From: Batkoa obscura
Lineage: Eukaryota
Direction of reading: 5' to 3'
Assembly: GCA_030770535.1 (NCBI GenBank)
Contig: JASVEC010000002.1
Coordinates: 186,001-250,000, forward strand
Length of the DNA stretch: 64,000 nucleotides
The position numbers and the translations under genes are program-made. Each line of letters begins with the position of its first letter. The first letter of the stretch is position 1. The notes beneath the pieces were generated by a model that had not been told where the DNA came from, made no database searches, and saw nothing but the letters and a program-made list of their open reading frames with translations. Below, in pieces: positions 13,477 to 25,476 of this stretch.

Positions 13477-15357
13477 TTAGATAACAAATTTCTTTTCCGA
13501 AAACAATAAGCGAGTATCATCTTTTTTAACTTCGGGTGTAATCAACTGTACTTTGACTGTCCAATTTCCAGAGTAGTAAGAATTAATATTACTTAAACTT
13601 AATTTGAATTGATCATTAAACTGACTCAATTGTACGTTGTTCTTATACCATTTAATTATAAACTTTTCGCCTTTAAACAACTCTGGATCTTTACGGAAAG
13701 GACCAAAAGCTAATGGAGTCAAATTAACAATAATGTTTGAGTTCATTTTACTAACAGTTAAATCATCAATGATATTCAATCTTTTAAGGTACTGCAGCCA
13801 AAGAGATTCTTTACACACTTTACAAAATTTTGATGAAGTCATATTTCTCATAACACAATGTTCATTCGTTGGACGATATCTTTTAACATTGTGATCATCC
13901 CAAGTAGGATATAAAGAATAATTTTCACCTTCAAATTTATACTCTTGTTCCGTACCATACTCGTGTAGAGTAACAGAAGTTACCATTCTTAATGGCATAT
14001 TATCTAGTATATTCTTTGTGCTTGTGATATTCAATGTATGAAGTCCCTTGCTGAATCCGTTGGTACTATTAAAATGATCATAAAACACACGATCAATTGT
14101 ATTAGCAGATTTCCAAGGGATTGATATGTCATCAATTTTAATAGAAATACTATCCTCTTCAGCTGCTCCAGAGATACCAATTCTATAATACCAGCGATTA
14201 AACTTACCATCTGAAGTGAAATTGGTTACAAAAGGCCCATTCTTTAAACTATACCATGGGTATAACAGCAGTCGATTAATATTACGTTCTTCTCTTACAG
14301 TGTTGCTAGTTAACCAATGTTTCCATTTAATACTATTGAAATTTTGGACCTCCTCGCTGTTGGCCCCATAATAAGCATATGAATTATCATATTCGTCTCC
14401 AACTTCTGCAAAGGTATGTCCCATTTCATGATTCAATACAATGGAGCCACTACGCTTTGAAGAAGTTGATATAATGATATCTCCACCAACCCCACCATAA
14501 TACTCATCATTGGCTATAACTACTTTATAATCACAAGCAAAATCACCAGTTAATTTACAATACGAATTAACTTTACTTATACTATCATTTGGATAATAAA
14601 TAGCTCTTAACTCTTCACCTGGTCTGTACAATGAAAACGCCGTATTTTTCTTGATATTTCCTTTGGTTATACCAGAATCTTGCGATTCTACAAATACAGC
14701 CCATACATTATAAATGGGGAAATAAGAGTTAAAAGTTTCCCCTTCAAATAGTTTTTTGACTAAGTAATCAATATCTGTAAAAAACTTTTGTTTTTCAGAG
14801 AGTTGGTAACCATCACCCATAAATACAACATCAATACGATTCTTTGGATCTCCATTGCTCAAAAGTTTTCTTACTTCAGTGGCGGTTTTGTTCATTTTAG
14901 GAAGTAAACTTGGACTGTTATCACCTACTATTTTATTGCTATCGTTGCCATTAATAGAGATGATTGGTAAACTGCCACATACTTTAGCTAATTCTTGATT
15001 AACATTAGCTTCATGAATGGTTGTGATAGTAAACAAGTCATAGTTTAGACTAGCAATCAATTCACTTCCCTTTTCAATATGACCTAATTTCCCCTTTTTT
15101 ACAATAATTGGTGAATTCTCATCCAGTCCATGATAACGTTGGACCAGTCCATTGAATATTACTTCACAATGATTATCATATTTGACTACTTTTGATTCAT
15201 AGAAATTGGGTTCGGCCGCTAGGATACTTATTGTATTAAAAGGTTTAGTGATTGGCATTCAAGTAAATAAAACTTAATACCTTTGACTCTCAGCAAGTAT
15301 GAGTTGAGTTAAGATCAATAGATCCCAACTTATTAAAGAACTTAATGGTAATTTCAT
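13477..15357 (-). CDS. Secreted M64 (IgA peptidase-like) zinc metallopeptidase; 2 exons (15357-15281, 15226-13477)
   Basis: NRIDVVFMGDGY, YYGGVGG, HEMGHTFAEVGDEY and CVMR...FCKVCKE are M64 motifs. An upstream exon gives a signal-like MKLPLSSLISWDLLILTQLILAES, joined in frame through a 54-nt GT..AG intron. Confidence 0.88.
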
Positions 15358-15571
15358 TTTTTGATATACAAATGGATAGTCTACTAGTTCTTATTTATAC
15401 TATTTACATCGAAACCAAAATAATATATCCTTATTCTATCGATTGAAGACAGCCTTATCACATTATCATAAAATCCATTAGTTTTAAGATGCTAATTTAG
15501 CTAGTCGTTATACCAACTAGTCTTTAATTTACTTTTAACACTAGTTAAAGATTAGCAAATTAAATTCATTT

Positions 15572-15671
15572 GGGGATGTTTTTTTTTGGCTTCATTACTT
15601 TTTCCACCTTTTAAGCGCTATTTGAGTGGAAAAATTGCTAGTAAAATTCTTAAATACAAAAACACATCCCC
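15572..15671 (-). mobile_element. ~98-bp MITE
   Basis: GGGGATG...CATCCCC termini; ATTT target-site duplication on both sides. Confidence 0.9.
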
Positions 15672-16797
15672 ATTTTATAGTTATAATTACTGTAAAAATA
15701 ATAACTATTGTTTTTAACAGTCAGTACAATTTTAATAATAGAAGCATGATGTATCCCATGAACAGTATAACTAAAATCATTGTAGATTTTTTGTTCTTGT
15801 GACTATCATCATAATACTTGAATCTTCTAATCATTAGATGCTGTGTAAATGTTTTTTTGTTTAAGTACTTCCCTATAATTTAAACCATAAATTAGATAAA
15901 AAGTGAACAAATAGATGAAACAAAAAAACATCCTTGTGTTTACCCTTTGAGTACCAAACTTTTAGAAATATTAGTCTAAAAGGACAAACTTTGTTTTGCA
16001 GAAACAGTTCAATTGGGACAGAGGTTTTTGCACGACTGAGCTGTCTGACAATTGTCTTCGTCTAAACCATACTTCACTTTGGCTTGAAAGTTGAATGGCG
16101 AAAATATTTGGTTAGTACCCAATAGATTAAATCTTCAATTTTTTGAAATTTGCATAATATTTAGAAGCAAGTTTTTTTTAACCATTTACTATAAACTATA
16201 CTAATGTAAATTAAAGGTTTATGCTCAATAAACCGCATGCATATAATTATTTTGATAGCGAAATAAATTTCCCAATTAGATTGAGACTTATTATTAATTC
16301 TAACTTTTGGGTTCTAGAACGCTATTTCTGCTGCTAAATGCTATATGATTATTAAGTAACTTGTATACTATTTTATGTGAAGTCTTTGAAAAAATGATTT
16401 TTTAACTAGTTTTTGATAACCATTTTACACCACAACAGTATATACCCAATAAGTTTATATTCCTATTAAAGTTAAAGATATGTTTAATAGATAAAATGAC
16501 ATAAGGAAGAAATAATAAATTAAAATATCGAAAAGTGGAATTAAACTATAATAGGAACAAGACAATAGTCGAAATTCATAGCTGAACCTTGATTTGTTAT
16601 CATTACCTTAAACTTTGGCTCAGTTTAGTAAGTTTAATCACAATACAACGAGTAGTAGAAAAAATAATGAAACTATTACAGTCATTTAATATCTAAGTTC
16701 AATCTTTTTTCCTACCTTTATATATAATAAACTAAATGTACTATAAAACAAACTTTAATTAGTGATATTATTTATTCGAGATATAAAATATAAAGAA

Positions 16798-17781
16798 TTA
16801 AGATCTAAAAATCTTATAGCATAAATTTTGAAACATTTCTATCATAGCTAATTTAATCTGTTCGTGTAAAACAAGAACCATCAATGGATTCATAACACCT
16901 AAAAACATAAGTAAAGCAGCCGTAATAGCATCGGCCTCTATAGAACGTACCTCCCAAGCGCTTAACTCATAAATTTCATAAGCTATAGTAGGAAGTAAAC
17001 AAAGATAATAAAAGAATAACATGACAGATATCTTTAGGTAAACTTTACGTTTAATCCTTCTAACTTCCACTTCGTTAATTTCTTGATGATACCCAACGGA
17101 TTTGTTCTCAGATCCTTGAGAATTTGATGTCGTTATCATTCTTTTAATTGCTTTTTTATGTGCTGTTGCAATATAAATGTAACAATAAGTCACTACCACT
17201 AAGGTTAAAATTCGAAAGATTAATGATACTATTTGAGCTGTCATAACCAAAGGTTCCTTATGAAGTGCATCTACAAGCATACATCTCCCAATTGGCATTT
17301 TGAAAAACTTCAGTTGAGCTCCAACTGAAACACAAAATGCAAATACAATAGCCATTGGGATGCCACCAACTAAAACCCAGAATAAGGTAGTTTTCATTTT
17401 TCCGGTTTTGGCTGAAATAATAGCATCATATCTAGAATATGCTAATAGGGCTACCATCCAAATAGCAGAAAAAGTAAAGAAACCAGTGGATGCACCGCGT
17501 ATATGACAATCATATGGTCCATTGCCAAAAATTTTCATAAAAAATCGAATATTTCCATATAAAGTGGTTCCTGCATTAGCTGCATCTAATAAAGTTAAGG
17601 CTAATACCGCTATACCGCTTACATTAAATAATAAACTTCGGCGGTATAGAATTATCCCAAGCACGAATAAATTTAATAGCACAGATAAGACGCCTTCAGT
17701 AAATAAAACATAGGTTCGTATTATTACTACTATCTGTGGGGGCTCAGAAGATACTTGAGTTGAGAGAGTACTATTATTCAT
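16798..17781 (-). CDS. Rhodopsin-like (class A) 7TM GPCR, intronless
   Basis: Seven hydrophobic segments; TM1 LN, TM2 LD, Cys at the top of TM3, LAYSRY (DRY-equivalent), TM6 CLLP, TM7 NPLM. N-terminal NNST sequons. ATG at 17781 (the ORF track starts at TTG 17799). Confidence 0.82.
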   Translation of the reverse strand: MNNSTLSTQVSSEPPQIVVIIRTYVLFTEGVLSVLLNLFVLGIILYRRSLLFNVSGIAVLALTLLDAANAGTTLYGNIRFFMKIFGNGPYDCHIRGASTGFFTFSAIWMVALLAYSRYDAIISAKTGKMKTTLFWVLVGGIPMAIVFAFCVSVGAQLKFFKMPIGRCMLVDALHKEPLVMTAQIVSLIFRILTLVVVTYCYIYIATAHKKAIKRMITTSNSQGSENKSVGYHQEINEVEVRRIKRKVYLKISVMLFFYYLCLLPTIAYEIYELSAWEVRSIEADAITAALLMFLGVMNPLMVLVLHEQIKLAMIEMFQNLCYKIFRS

Positions 17782-19414
17782 TAAATGGTAAGAAAGCAAA
17801 AAAACAACAAATGAAAAAAGGATGGATTATATTCAATTTTAGATTATCCAATAAAGTAGAATTATTGAAGAATTCTTTTGATAATTAGTACCTTTTATTT
17901 TACTATACTATATCACTCAAAATGGATAAGCATTGACTATTTTTGTATTTTTGTAAATTATAAAAAAACTAACAATGAATTTTGTACTCAGTAAATTAAC
18001 CAACCAGTGCTAAATTTAGTTTAATGTTACCAAATTAGAATACAATTGCTATAGTTTGGTAGGAACCAGACATTATAAACTTTAATTATTACAGTTGTTA
18101 AGGCTTTTTTGTGACCTATTTGACAGCATATTTGAGAAAAAAATTATATTATATTTATGTAGAATATTTAAGCCAACCTTCAAAAAAATCGGTTGAAAAT
18201 AGTTTAATTTTAAAAATTATTGCTAAAAAGTCCCAAAGAGGCTGTAACAGTTATAAGTACAAGTTAAATTTATTTTGAGCTTTACTATATTTGGATTTTT
18301 CATTTATTTTACCTGTTTATCACCACTTATTTTATTTTATATTTTAGCGAGGATAGCCTTTTCTTATTGTGCTGCCTAACTATCAGTATAACAAGAATCC
18401 TTACTTTAAAAATGTGCTTTGTTCCATTACTTTGTATATTCTATTATACTAAATAATATCATACTTTCATTAGAAACAAATATCCAATTTTTGCTGTTTG
18501 TACCATCTCGGAATTATTATATAAAAAAAGCGTTTTGGGGCAAGTAACGTGGATTTAAAAAAATCTAAAAATAGCTTATATAAAATAAAATAGCAACATA
18601 AGCTATTTTCAAGGTATAAAATTCGAACTTAATAGCTCATGGGACATGACTTAAGGGCTTTAACTTTATATTAAGTACCCCTAAAAATTAACTACTGTTC
18701 CATATAGGTGCTATATCTCTGGTTTGTACATTTAAACATTACTGTCTATCATCAGTAAAATAGTAAAAAACAAGAAAAATGAAACTCAATTATTGTATTT
18801 TATTTTTATCTATTGGTTGAAATAAAAATTGAAAATCCACTTTGTTGAATAAAGTTTATTAAATTTCATTTCATTTTTTGTTCTTTTTAGACACAATTTT
18901 AAAAGGTTGACTATTTGAAAAGGTAAATCTATATGGCATATAGGTTAAATTTGAGAATATTTTTAATTTGTTAGAATTAATATATCAATAGAATGATGAC
19001 ATAGTATAGCCTATTAATAGATACAAATATAAATGTGTAAAAGTGAAATAAAACAATACTATAATTTATTTTAATATTAGGAAATTAATAATAACTATAA
19101 TAAAAATAATAGTAGCTAAAATAAGTGCTTAAAAATAGTAGAGTTATAGTATCTTTAAATTTTTTTAAATTATTAAAGATGCTAAATATTGATATTTGTT
19201 AAACCTAAAAAAGTGACTTTTAAAAGTGATGGTAGTTTATTACTCTAGCTTTTATCAAAAGCATGTATATAACTATCCAAAGTATCTAGAAGCGTTTATT
19301 TGATTAGCACAATAGCTCTTTAATTATAATAAATATAACAGTAGGATTTTCAAATAGTAAACTTAAATAGAAAAACATAACAAAAATATAAGTTTCAAAT
19401 TTCATAAATTATAT

Positions 19415-19506
19415 GGAGATGTTTTTAGTTTCATTACTTTTTCCATCTTTTAAACCCTACTTGAGTAGAAAAGCTATCAGTAAAATCTTTAAAAAAACAC
19501 ACCCTC
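19415..19506 (-). mobile_element. Degenerate ~98-bp MITE
   Basis: TTTCATTACTTTTTCCATCTTTT...TTGAGTAGAAAA core; eroded termini. Confidence 0.65.
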
Positions 19507-19600
19507 GTATATCGTTTTTAAATGATATTAGAAGTATATGCTTAATTAATTTAAAATTATTTAGAATCATTTAACTATATTAACTGTTTATTATACTGTT

Positions 19601-20632
19601 TTAATTACTGATTGGAGTTGGGACAACATGAGAGCGCTTAACTCGATTATGGGGAGTTCTAACTGGGATTGGGACACGATGAGATCTAACTGATCTAAAG
19701 CGAGGATCTCTGTATTGGTTATTGTGGCGTTTAGCTTCGTATTTGTTATTATGTTTTATTTTTCTAAAGCTAACTGCATCATCATCTGAACCCCATTCTG
19801 AGCTCTCTTCAGTCTCTTCAGTTGACTCTACTGGAGCTTCTACATTAGGACCAGTAGGTTTTTCAGTAGAGTTCTCTTCAGGTTTACTTGGAGTGGTTTC
19901 CATAGTTTGAGGTGGGGAAGTTGGAGAAGATTGTGCACTACCATCTCTATATGCTGAGCCTTTTCCAAGACATTCTTCAGAAGTTACAAAGGTAAAACCT
20001 TTAGCTTTAATAGCATCAATAGCTTCTCCAACCTTAGCATCAGCGAAATTGGTATGATCGTGTTGTAATGTAATGAAAGATTGAGAAGCAGGGTCAGCAG
20101 ATGCCATTGTATCAGTGTAAGTTCCCAAAATTAAGCTTGGGTTGGCTTTACGATCATCTCTCCAGTCATTGGTATCCAAATTAACACCAACTTGAACATA
20201 ATCCATACCATTTAAAGTATCCATAGCAACTTGATTTTCTTCTAATCTTGGATTTCTCATATATCTTACTTTCTTTCCAAATGCTTTCTCAAGAGCATCC
20301 TCGGTTTTTTGCATTTCTTCTTTGATACCATCAGCAGATAACTCAGGTAAACCCGGATGACTCCAAGTGTGGGATGCGATTTGATGGCCTTCATCATAGG
20401 CACGTTTAACAATGGCCTCTTTCCCAGCAACATTACTTCCAATAAAGAAAAAGGTAGCTTTAACCCCCTTTTTACTTAACACGTCAAGTATTTGTGGGGT
20501 GTTATCATGTGGTCCATCATCAAAAGTTAATGCAACAACACCTGGTTTGGTACATTCTTTGATCATTTGAGATGTAACAATTTGTAAATAAGAGTTGATA
20601 ATAATGGCAGCAGATAATCCAAAAAATTTCAT
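19601..20632 (-). CDS. Secreted chitin/polysaccharide deacetylase (CE4, NodB domain) with S/T/E-rich linker and basic tail
   Basis: Signal peptide; TFDDGP, HTWSH, RNP, DTNDW and LQHD CE4 motifs; terminal ECLG. Confidence 0.92.
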   Translation of the reverse strand: MKFFGLSAAIIINSYLQIVTSQMIKECTKPGVVALTFDDGPHDNTPQILDVLSKKGVKATFFFIGSNVAGKEAIVKRAYDEGHQIASHTWSHPGLPELSADGIKEEMQKTEDALEKAFGKKVRYMRNPRLEENQVAMDTLNGMDYVQVGVNLDTNDWRDDRKANPSLILGTYTDTMASADPASQSFITLQHDHTNFADAKVGEAIDAIKAKGFTFVTSEECLGKGSAYRDGSAQSSPTSPPQTMETTPSKPEENSTEKPTGPNVEAPVESTEETEESSEWGSDDDAVSFRKIKHNNKYEAKRHNNQYRDPRFRSVRSHRVPIPVRTPHNRVKRSHVVPTPISN

Positions 20633-21697
20633 TTTTAATTAGTAGTTGTTATAATATAGAGTATAATAGTTTAGTTGTATTGTATTAATTAATCAATAAT
20701 TAATAAAATTATAGTAAAAGTAGTTCAATTATTCAATAATTAAATGAGTTTGATAATGTTAAAAGTTGAAAACTTCACCCTTTATATACCCTTTTTTGAA
20801 TCCTGACGCTATTGTTTTAATCATCGCTATTACTAAGAAAGGGTATTAATATATTTAAAATGATCAAAACTTAACACAAATAAATTAAGTTATAAGTATC
20901 ACTGTTCTTGATATAAGAACATATTAAAAGACTATTAAAATAACTGAAATCGATTACTTTTATATATTTATCATTCAATGGAGCATATTACTAATAGAGG
21001 GCTATAACTCAAACGATTGTCAACGTTTAAAACAGCTTTGTTTTATTTTATTTTGTTGAATCCATTTGTCAATATAATCTATTGTATATTGTACACTTGA
21101 AAAATCTAAATAATGGCTAATAAATTTTTTAATTTATTGTTCTATAATTTGGCTTTATGTTAGCTATATAAGTCAAAAAAAAATCAATCAACTTAAAATA
21201 ACAAATATGTTAAATACAGTAAGTTATTAATTCTATTGAAATAGTTCCAATTCAAATTTAAGATTTTCTTGGCAACTGGCTTAATACCATCTAATAAATT
21301 ACATTAGTAACATAAAAAGTATAATATAATAAATAACATAAAGCTAGAAATCAAAGAACTTTTATCTTAATAATTATAACAGTTCTTCATATTATTATAC
21401 TGATAGATAAAGGATGATATAACCTTAGGAAATAAATGAATAAGGCTTAGAATATTAATAAATATAATATATTCTTGAAATTGGAACATTATTGACAGTA
21501 GAACAGTTTTAAATATTTAATTTAATAAATAGAATTCGAACTATATTGTGAAATATCTGTTTGTTTAACTGGTTTCTATTAATTAATATATATCGAATAA
21601 AGGTTGTTTACTTATTAACATTTTATTATTAATTTATGAAATACATCGATATTAACATACTTATTTTATATTCCTAATCTGATTTTTAAAAAATATA

Positions 21698-21795
21698 GGG
21701 GGATGCATTTTTGTGTTTAAAAATTTTACTAACAAAGTTTCCGTTCAAATAGCGCTTAAAAGATGGAAAAAGTAATAAAGTAAAAAAAACGTCCA
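21698..21795 (+). mobile_element. ~98-bp MITE
   Basis: GGGGGATGCATTTTTGTG...CAAATAGCGCTTAAAAGATGGAAAAAG core. Confidence 0.8.
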
Positions 21796-22329
21796 TATAC
21801 TGACTTCTCCCTTTCCTTTTAACATATTTATAAGACAATATCAACGACATGATATTATAAAAAAATTCAAATTTCATTAAAGGATAAAAATTCTAGTACT
21901 TTAAACAATTCAAGCTTAATTATTATGATATTATATAAATTAATGTAAGAATATAGCGATGTTTATGATGAATTAGATCTATTATTTAAAGAACAACAAA
22001 TTCTATTTTACTTTATTTAACAGTTAAAATCTAACAAATTAATGTTAATTTATATTTTATTATATAAATATGTTTTTCGTATAAAAATTGAATTATTATT
22101 TTCTACATATATGAGGATTTTTTTTTTGATTTTGAATAAAATACAATAAAAGATAATTAATATAAATATAAATATATATATTACAATCGTTATATCGATA
22201 TAAAATATTAGTAGTAAAGTTTTATGTTAAATACAAATTTAATTATAAACATGATCTTTTTTACATACAAATATCAAAATAAAACTTATTATCAATTTTC
22301 ATAAAAAAAAGATTCAAAATAAATTATAT

Positions 22330-24793
22330 GGGGCTGTCCTAATTGGTTTCAGAATCTACTTAGAAATTAATCCAAATTTAAAATTCCAAGTTTGTGTTCA
22401 ATATAACGGTTAAATCTAAAAAGCCTAAAATTAAATGTCTCTATTTAAAACTTATTTTAATTGTTTCCTTTTCTTAAATAGCTAATTTTCCTAACTATAT
22501 ATTTTATGTTAGTTCTGTTAGATATTTAACAGATATATAATATATAACTATATGATTATATAATTATATAAATACATAATTATATAAACACAGTTATTTG
22601 ACTTTATTTGACTTTATTTTTTGTTGAAATAAAAATAAAATGCAAACTTTCATAACTAAACTTCGAAATGGAATTTTTGAAAACTTCAATACAATAGGGA
22701 GGAGTACACAATATAAACATTGTAATTCATTTACATCAATTTTAAAAGCTACTTATAACAACCCAAGGTTCATGGAATTTTATAATAAAACAAAACAAAG
22801 AAAAGATATATTATCAAAGTTTACTATCGATAATAATAAACTTAATCAAGTAATGTATAAAATTAGTGCTTTAAGGGAAACAGGAAACAAAAGTCAGCAA
22901 GTAGCGTTATTATCAACTATAGCTTCAGTATATTCTTTTGATGAATGTAAGAGTTTTGGGTTTAATATAAATAGAAATCAATATGATTATTCAAAAACAA
23001 GTAATAATAATAAAATATCAACATTAAAACCTATTATTAAAAATACAAAAAAAATTAAAGATGACCAAATTGAAACTATCATACAATATTTACTAAATGA
23101 TTCAACTATTTCATCAAGATTTAATAAAAAAAATAACGATAGTAAATATTCATCAGATAATATATATATATTAAATAAAAGTAGAAGAATGATATATAGT
23201 AAATATTTGAATGATCTAAGAGATAAAGCAGTAGCTAGGTCAACGTTCTTTAAATATATACCAAGTAATTTCAAAAATCCAGCAAGAAAAACGGATCTAT
23301 GTAATATATGTACCCAGTATACAGTTAGGAAAAAGTTATTTGAAAATAAAATAAATACAGCAAAAAACAAAACAGAGATAGAAGAAATTTTCAACGAAGA
23401 AGAAAAGTTATACAAATTACATAAATTCTGTGTTGATACTCAAAAAAACACATTTAATGAAACTATCAAAAAATTAAATAACAAAAGTTGTATAATAGTT
23501 TTAGATTTTAAACAAAATATGGAAATAGGGACAAGACCAGATTCAATAAATCTAGATCATTATAATAAACAAGCTATATCAGTATTAGGCTTTGGTGTAT
23601 TATATTTAAAAGATGATAAAACAATAGGCAAAGTTTACTTTGATTATTTATCTGAAATATTGAATCATGATTCAGCATATGCAGGAGATTGTTTAATCAA
23701 TTTAATCTCTACAGAGCTTCTATTTAAAAAGTTTACAAAAATTAATATATGGGCAGATACAGGAAATCATTTTAGATCCCAAGAGTTCTTACATTATATG
23801 TTTAAAGAAATTCATAAAATAAATAGTAGTTTGAATGTTAATCTTAATTTTTTTGCTGAGCATCATGGAAAAAGTATAGTTGATGGACATTTTGGAAACC
23901 TTTCAAAATGGAAAAGTAGTTTTGAAGCGTTAGGTAAAATAGAAGATATCGATCAATTAATTTCAAGATTTGAGGCTTTTATTTGTGAGCATAATAAAAT
24001 TAATAACTCGACTGTTAATAATGGGAAAACAGATATAATTTTTAAAAAGTATAAAAGAAACAAAAATACAAAAAGAATAATAGAGATGCAGGGCATTAAG
24101 AAGTATTTACACTTTATTAAACATAACAATAAACTACATTGTTATCCAGTATCTGATACATCAAAAAAAAGCGATATAGTCCCAATTAAAGTTATAGAGT
24201 CTATAGAAAACAGAAAAATTAAAAGATCGATCCCAGCTTACCTTACGAAGATAACAGAGAATTTAAAAATTTCGATATTTACTAAGCAAGTAAGTAGTTT
24301 GTTGAATGATAGAAATAGATTGTTAAATGTTAGGATTACTTAAGTTATTAATAGCTAAGTTAATAAATAGTCAAAGAACAAGTAACTGTAATAATATGTA
24401 AAAACTATTATTACTTGTACTATATAGGGATGGTCAATTATAGTTTTGGGGCTGACCACTCCCTCCCATGCAGCTATTTATTAACTTGGCAATATATTAA
24501 TAATGTAATTATAACATTAAAGTAGTTTATTTATTTGATAATAAATCTACAATGTTGGTTATAAAGCAGTTGATAATAAATATTTCTCAATTAAGCTTTA
24601 TAAGAACATGTATTTAAGATCTAGTAGAAATTCAACTAACTTACAGTATGAGCTATAATATAATGGTTTAGAACTGTGTTTGGGTACTTTTGTTTTAATA
24701 AAAGATGTGATTTTATAGAATTTTAAGCGAAGTTTTTAAAATACAAATTTTTTTAAAATTGGATAAAATAATGAAACTAATTCAGACAACCCC
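22330..24793 (+). mobile_element. Intact 2464-bp Sola-like (probably Sola2) DNA transposon
   Basis: 22-bp imperfect TIRs (18/22 match) beginning GGGG; ATAT TSD; a single intact transposase ORF. Confidence 0.95.
22640..24343 (+). CDS. 567-aa DDD transposase (Sola-like)
   Basis: CxxC (DLCNIC) followed by IIVLDFKQN, IWADTGNHF and FFAEHHGKSIVDGHFG as the putative catalytic D-D-D; lies between TIRs. Confidence 0.88.
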   Translation: MQTFITKLRNGIFENFNTIGRSTQYKHCNSFTSILKATYNNPRFMEFYNKTKQRKDILSKFTIDNNKLNQVMYKISALRETGNKSQQVALLSTIASVYSFDECKSFGFNINRNQYDYSKTSNNNKISTLKPIIKNTKKIKDDQIETIIQYLLNDSTISSRFNKKNNDSKYSSDNIYILNKSRRMIYSKYLNDLRDKAVARSTFFKYIPSNFKNPARKTDLCNICTQYTVRKKLFENKINTAKNKTEIEEIFNEEEKLYKLHKFCVDTQKNTFNETIKKLNNKSCIIVLDFKQNMEIGTRPDSINLDHYNKQAISVLGFGVLYLKDDKTIGKVYFDYLSEILNHDSAYAGDCLINLISTELLFKKFTKINIWADTGNHFRSQEFLHYMFKEIHKINSSLNVNLNFFAEHHGKSIVDGHFGNLSKWKSSFEALGKIEDIDQLISRFEAFICEHNKINNSTVNNGKTDIIFKKYKRNKNTKRIIEMQGIKKYLHFIKHNNKLHCYPVSDTSKKSDIVPIKVIESIENRKIKRSIPAYLTKITENLKISIFTKQVSSLLNDRNRLLNVRIT

Positions 24794-24809
24794 ATATGAT
24801 AGTTTATAT

Positions 24810-24908
24810 GGGGATGTATTTTTGTATTTAAGAATTTTACCAACAAATTTTCCACTCAAATAGCGCTTAAGAAATGGAAAAAATAATCAAGTCAAAAAAA
24901 ACACTCCC
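24810..24908 (+). mobile_element. ~98-bp MITE, 16 bp from the transposon right end
   Basis: GGGGATGTATTTTTG...CACTCCC with ATAT on both sides. Confidence 0.9.
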
Positions 24909-25476
24909 ATATTATAAAAAATTAATTAAAAACTAAAAATTAAGAAAATAAAGTTTATTTATCATTGACTATTATTTACGAAACATGTAAACTAAAAATA
25001 AAATAAAAGTAAAGATTAGTTGATAAATTAATGATAAAATTAACTTTTAACCTCAACTTTTAAATAGTTATAAAATCTTACTATTGAACATTTTTCTATA
25101 AATTAATGCTCATTTAAAATTATTGTAAGTGTGATCTATTATTTTGAGGCAAATCTTGCATGAATTACTTTATAACAAATGGTTTATCTTGATTTTATTA
25201 TATATGATAGCAACAACAACATGTAAATGATAATATCAAATGAGAATACTATTAGCTATATTTAATAAAAAAGGTACAATTCAACATAAAAGAATAAAAA
25301 ATAGTAAGCTAAATGACATTCAAGTGATTTATTAAGAGAATAAAACTAACGTGATTAAGATCATGCTTAAAAAAGAAGATAAAAGAAAAGGTACTTATTG
25401 TATCACAAAGTCCATGATCCAATATATATATATAAACAACCCATTAGTACATTTAGATAATAACATCTTTTTTAAA

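Noticed and set aside
16798..17781. Opsin assignment for the class-A-like GPCR
   Set aside because: No retinal-binding Lys in TM7 ahead of the NP motif.
22987..23415. 142-aa hydrophobic antisense ORF in every transposon copy (also 36147, 48623, 51785, 5294)
   Set aside because: Antisense shadow of the K/N-rich transposase with a TTG start; it recurs only because the copies are near-identical.
22640..24343. Transposon ORF as a Fanzor/TnpB RNA-guided nuclease
   Set aside because: No RuvC-I/II/III arrangement with a C-terminal zinc finger and DxNAA motif; the motifs fit a DDD cut-and-paste transposase.
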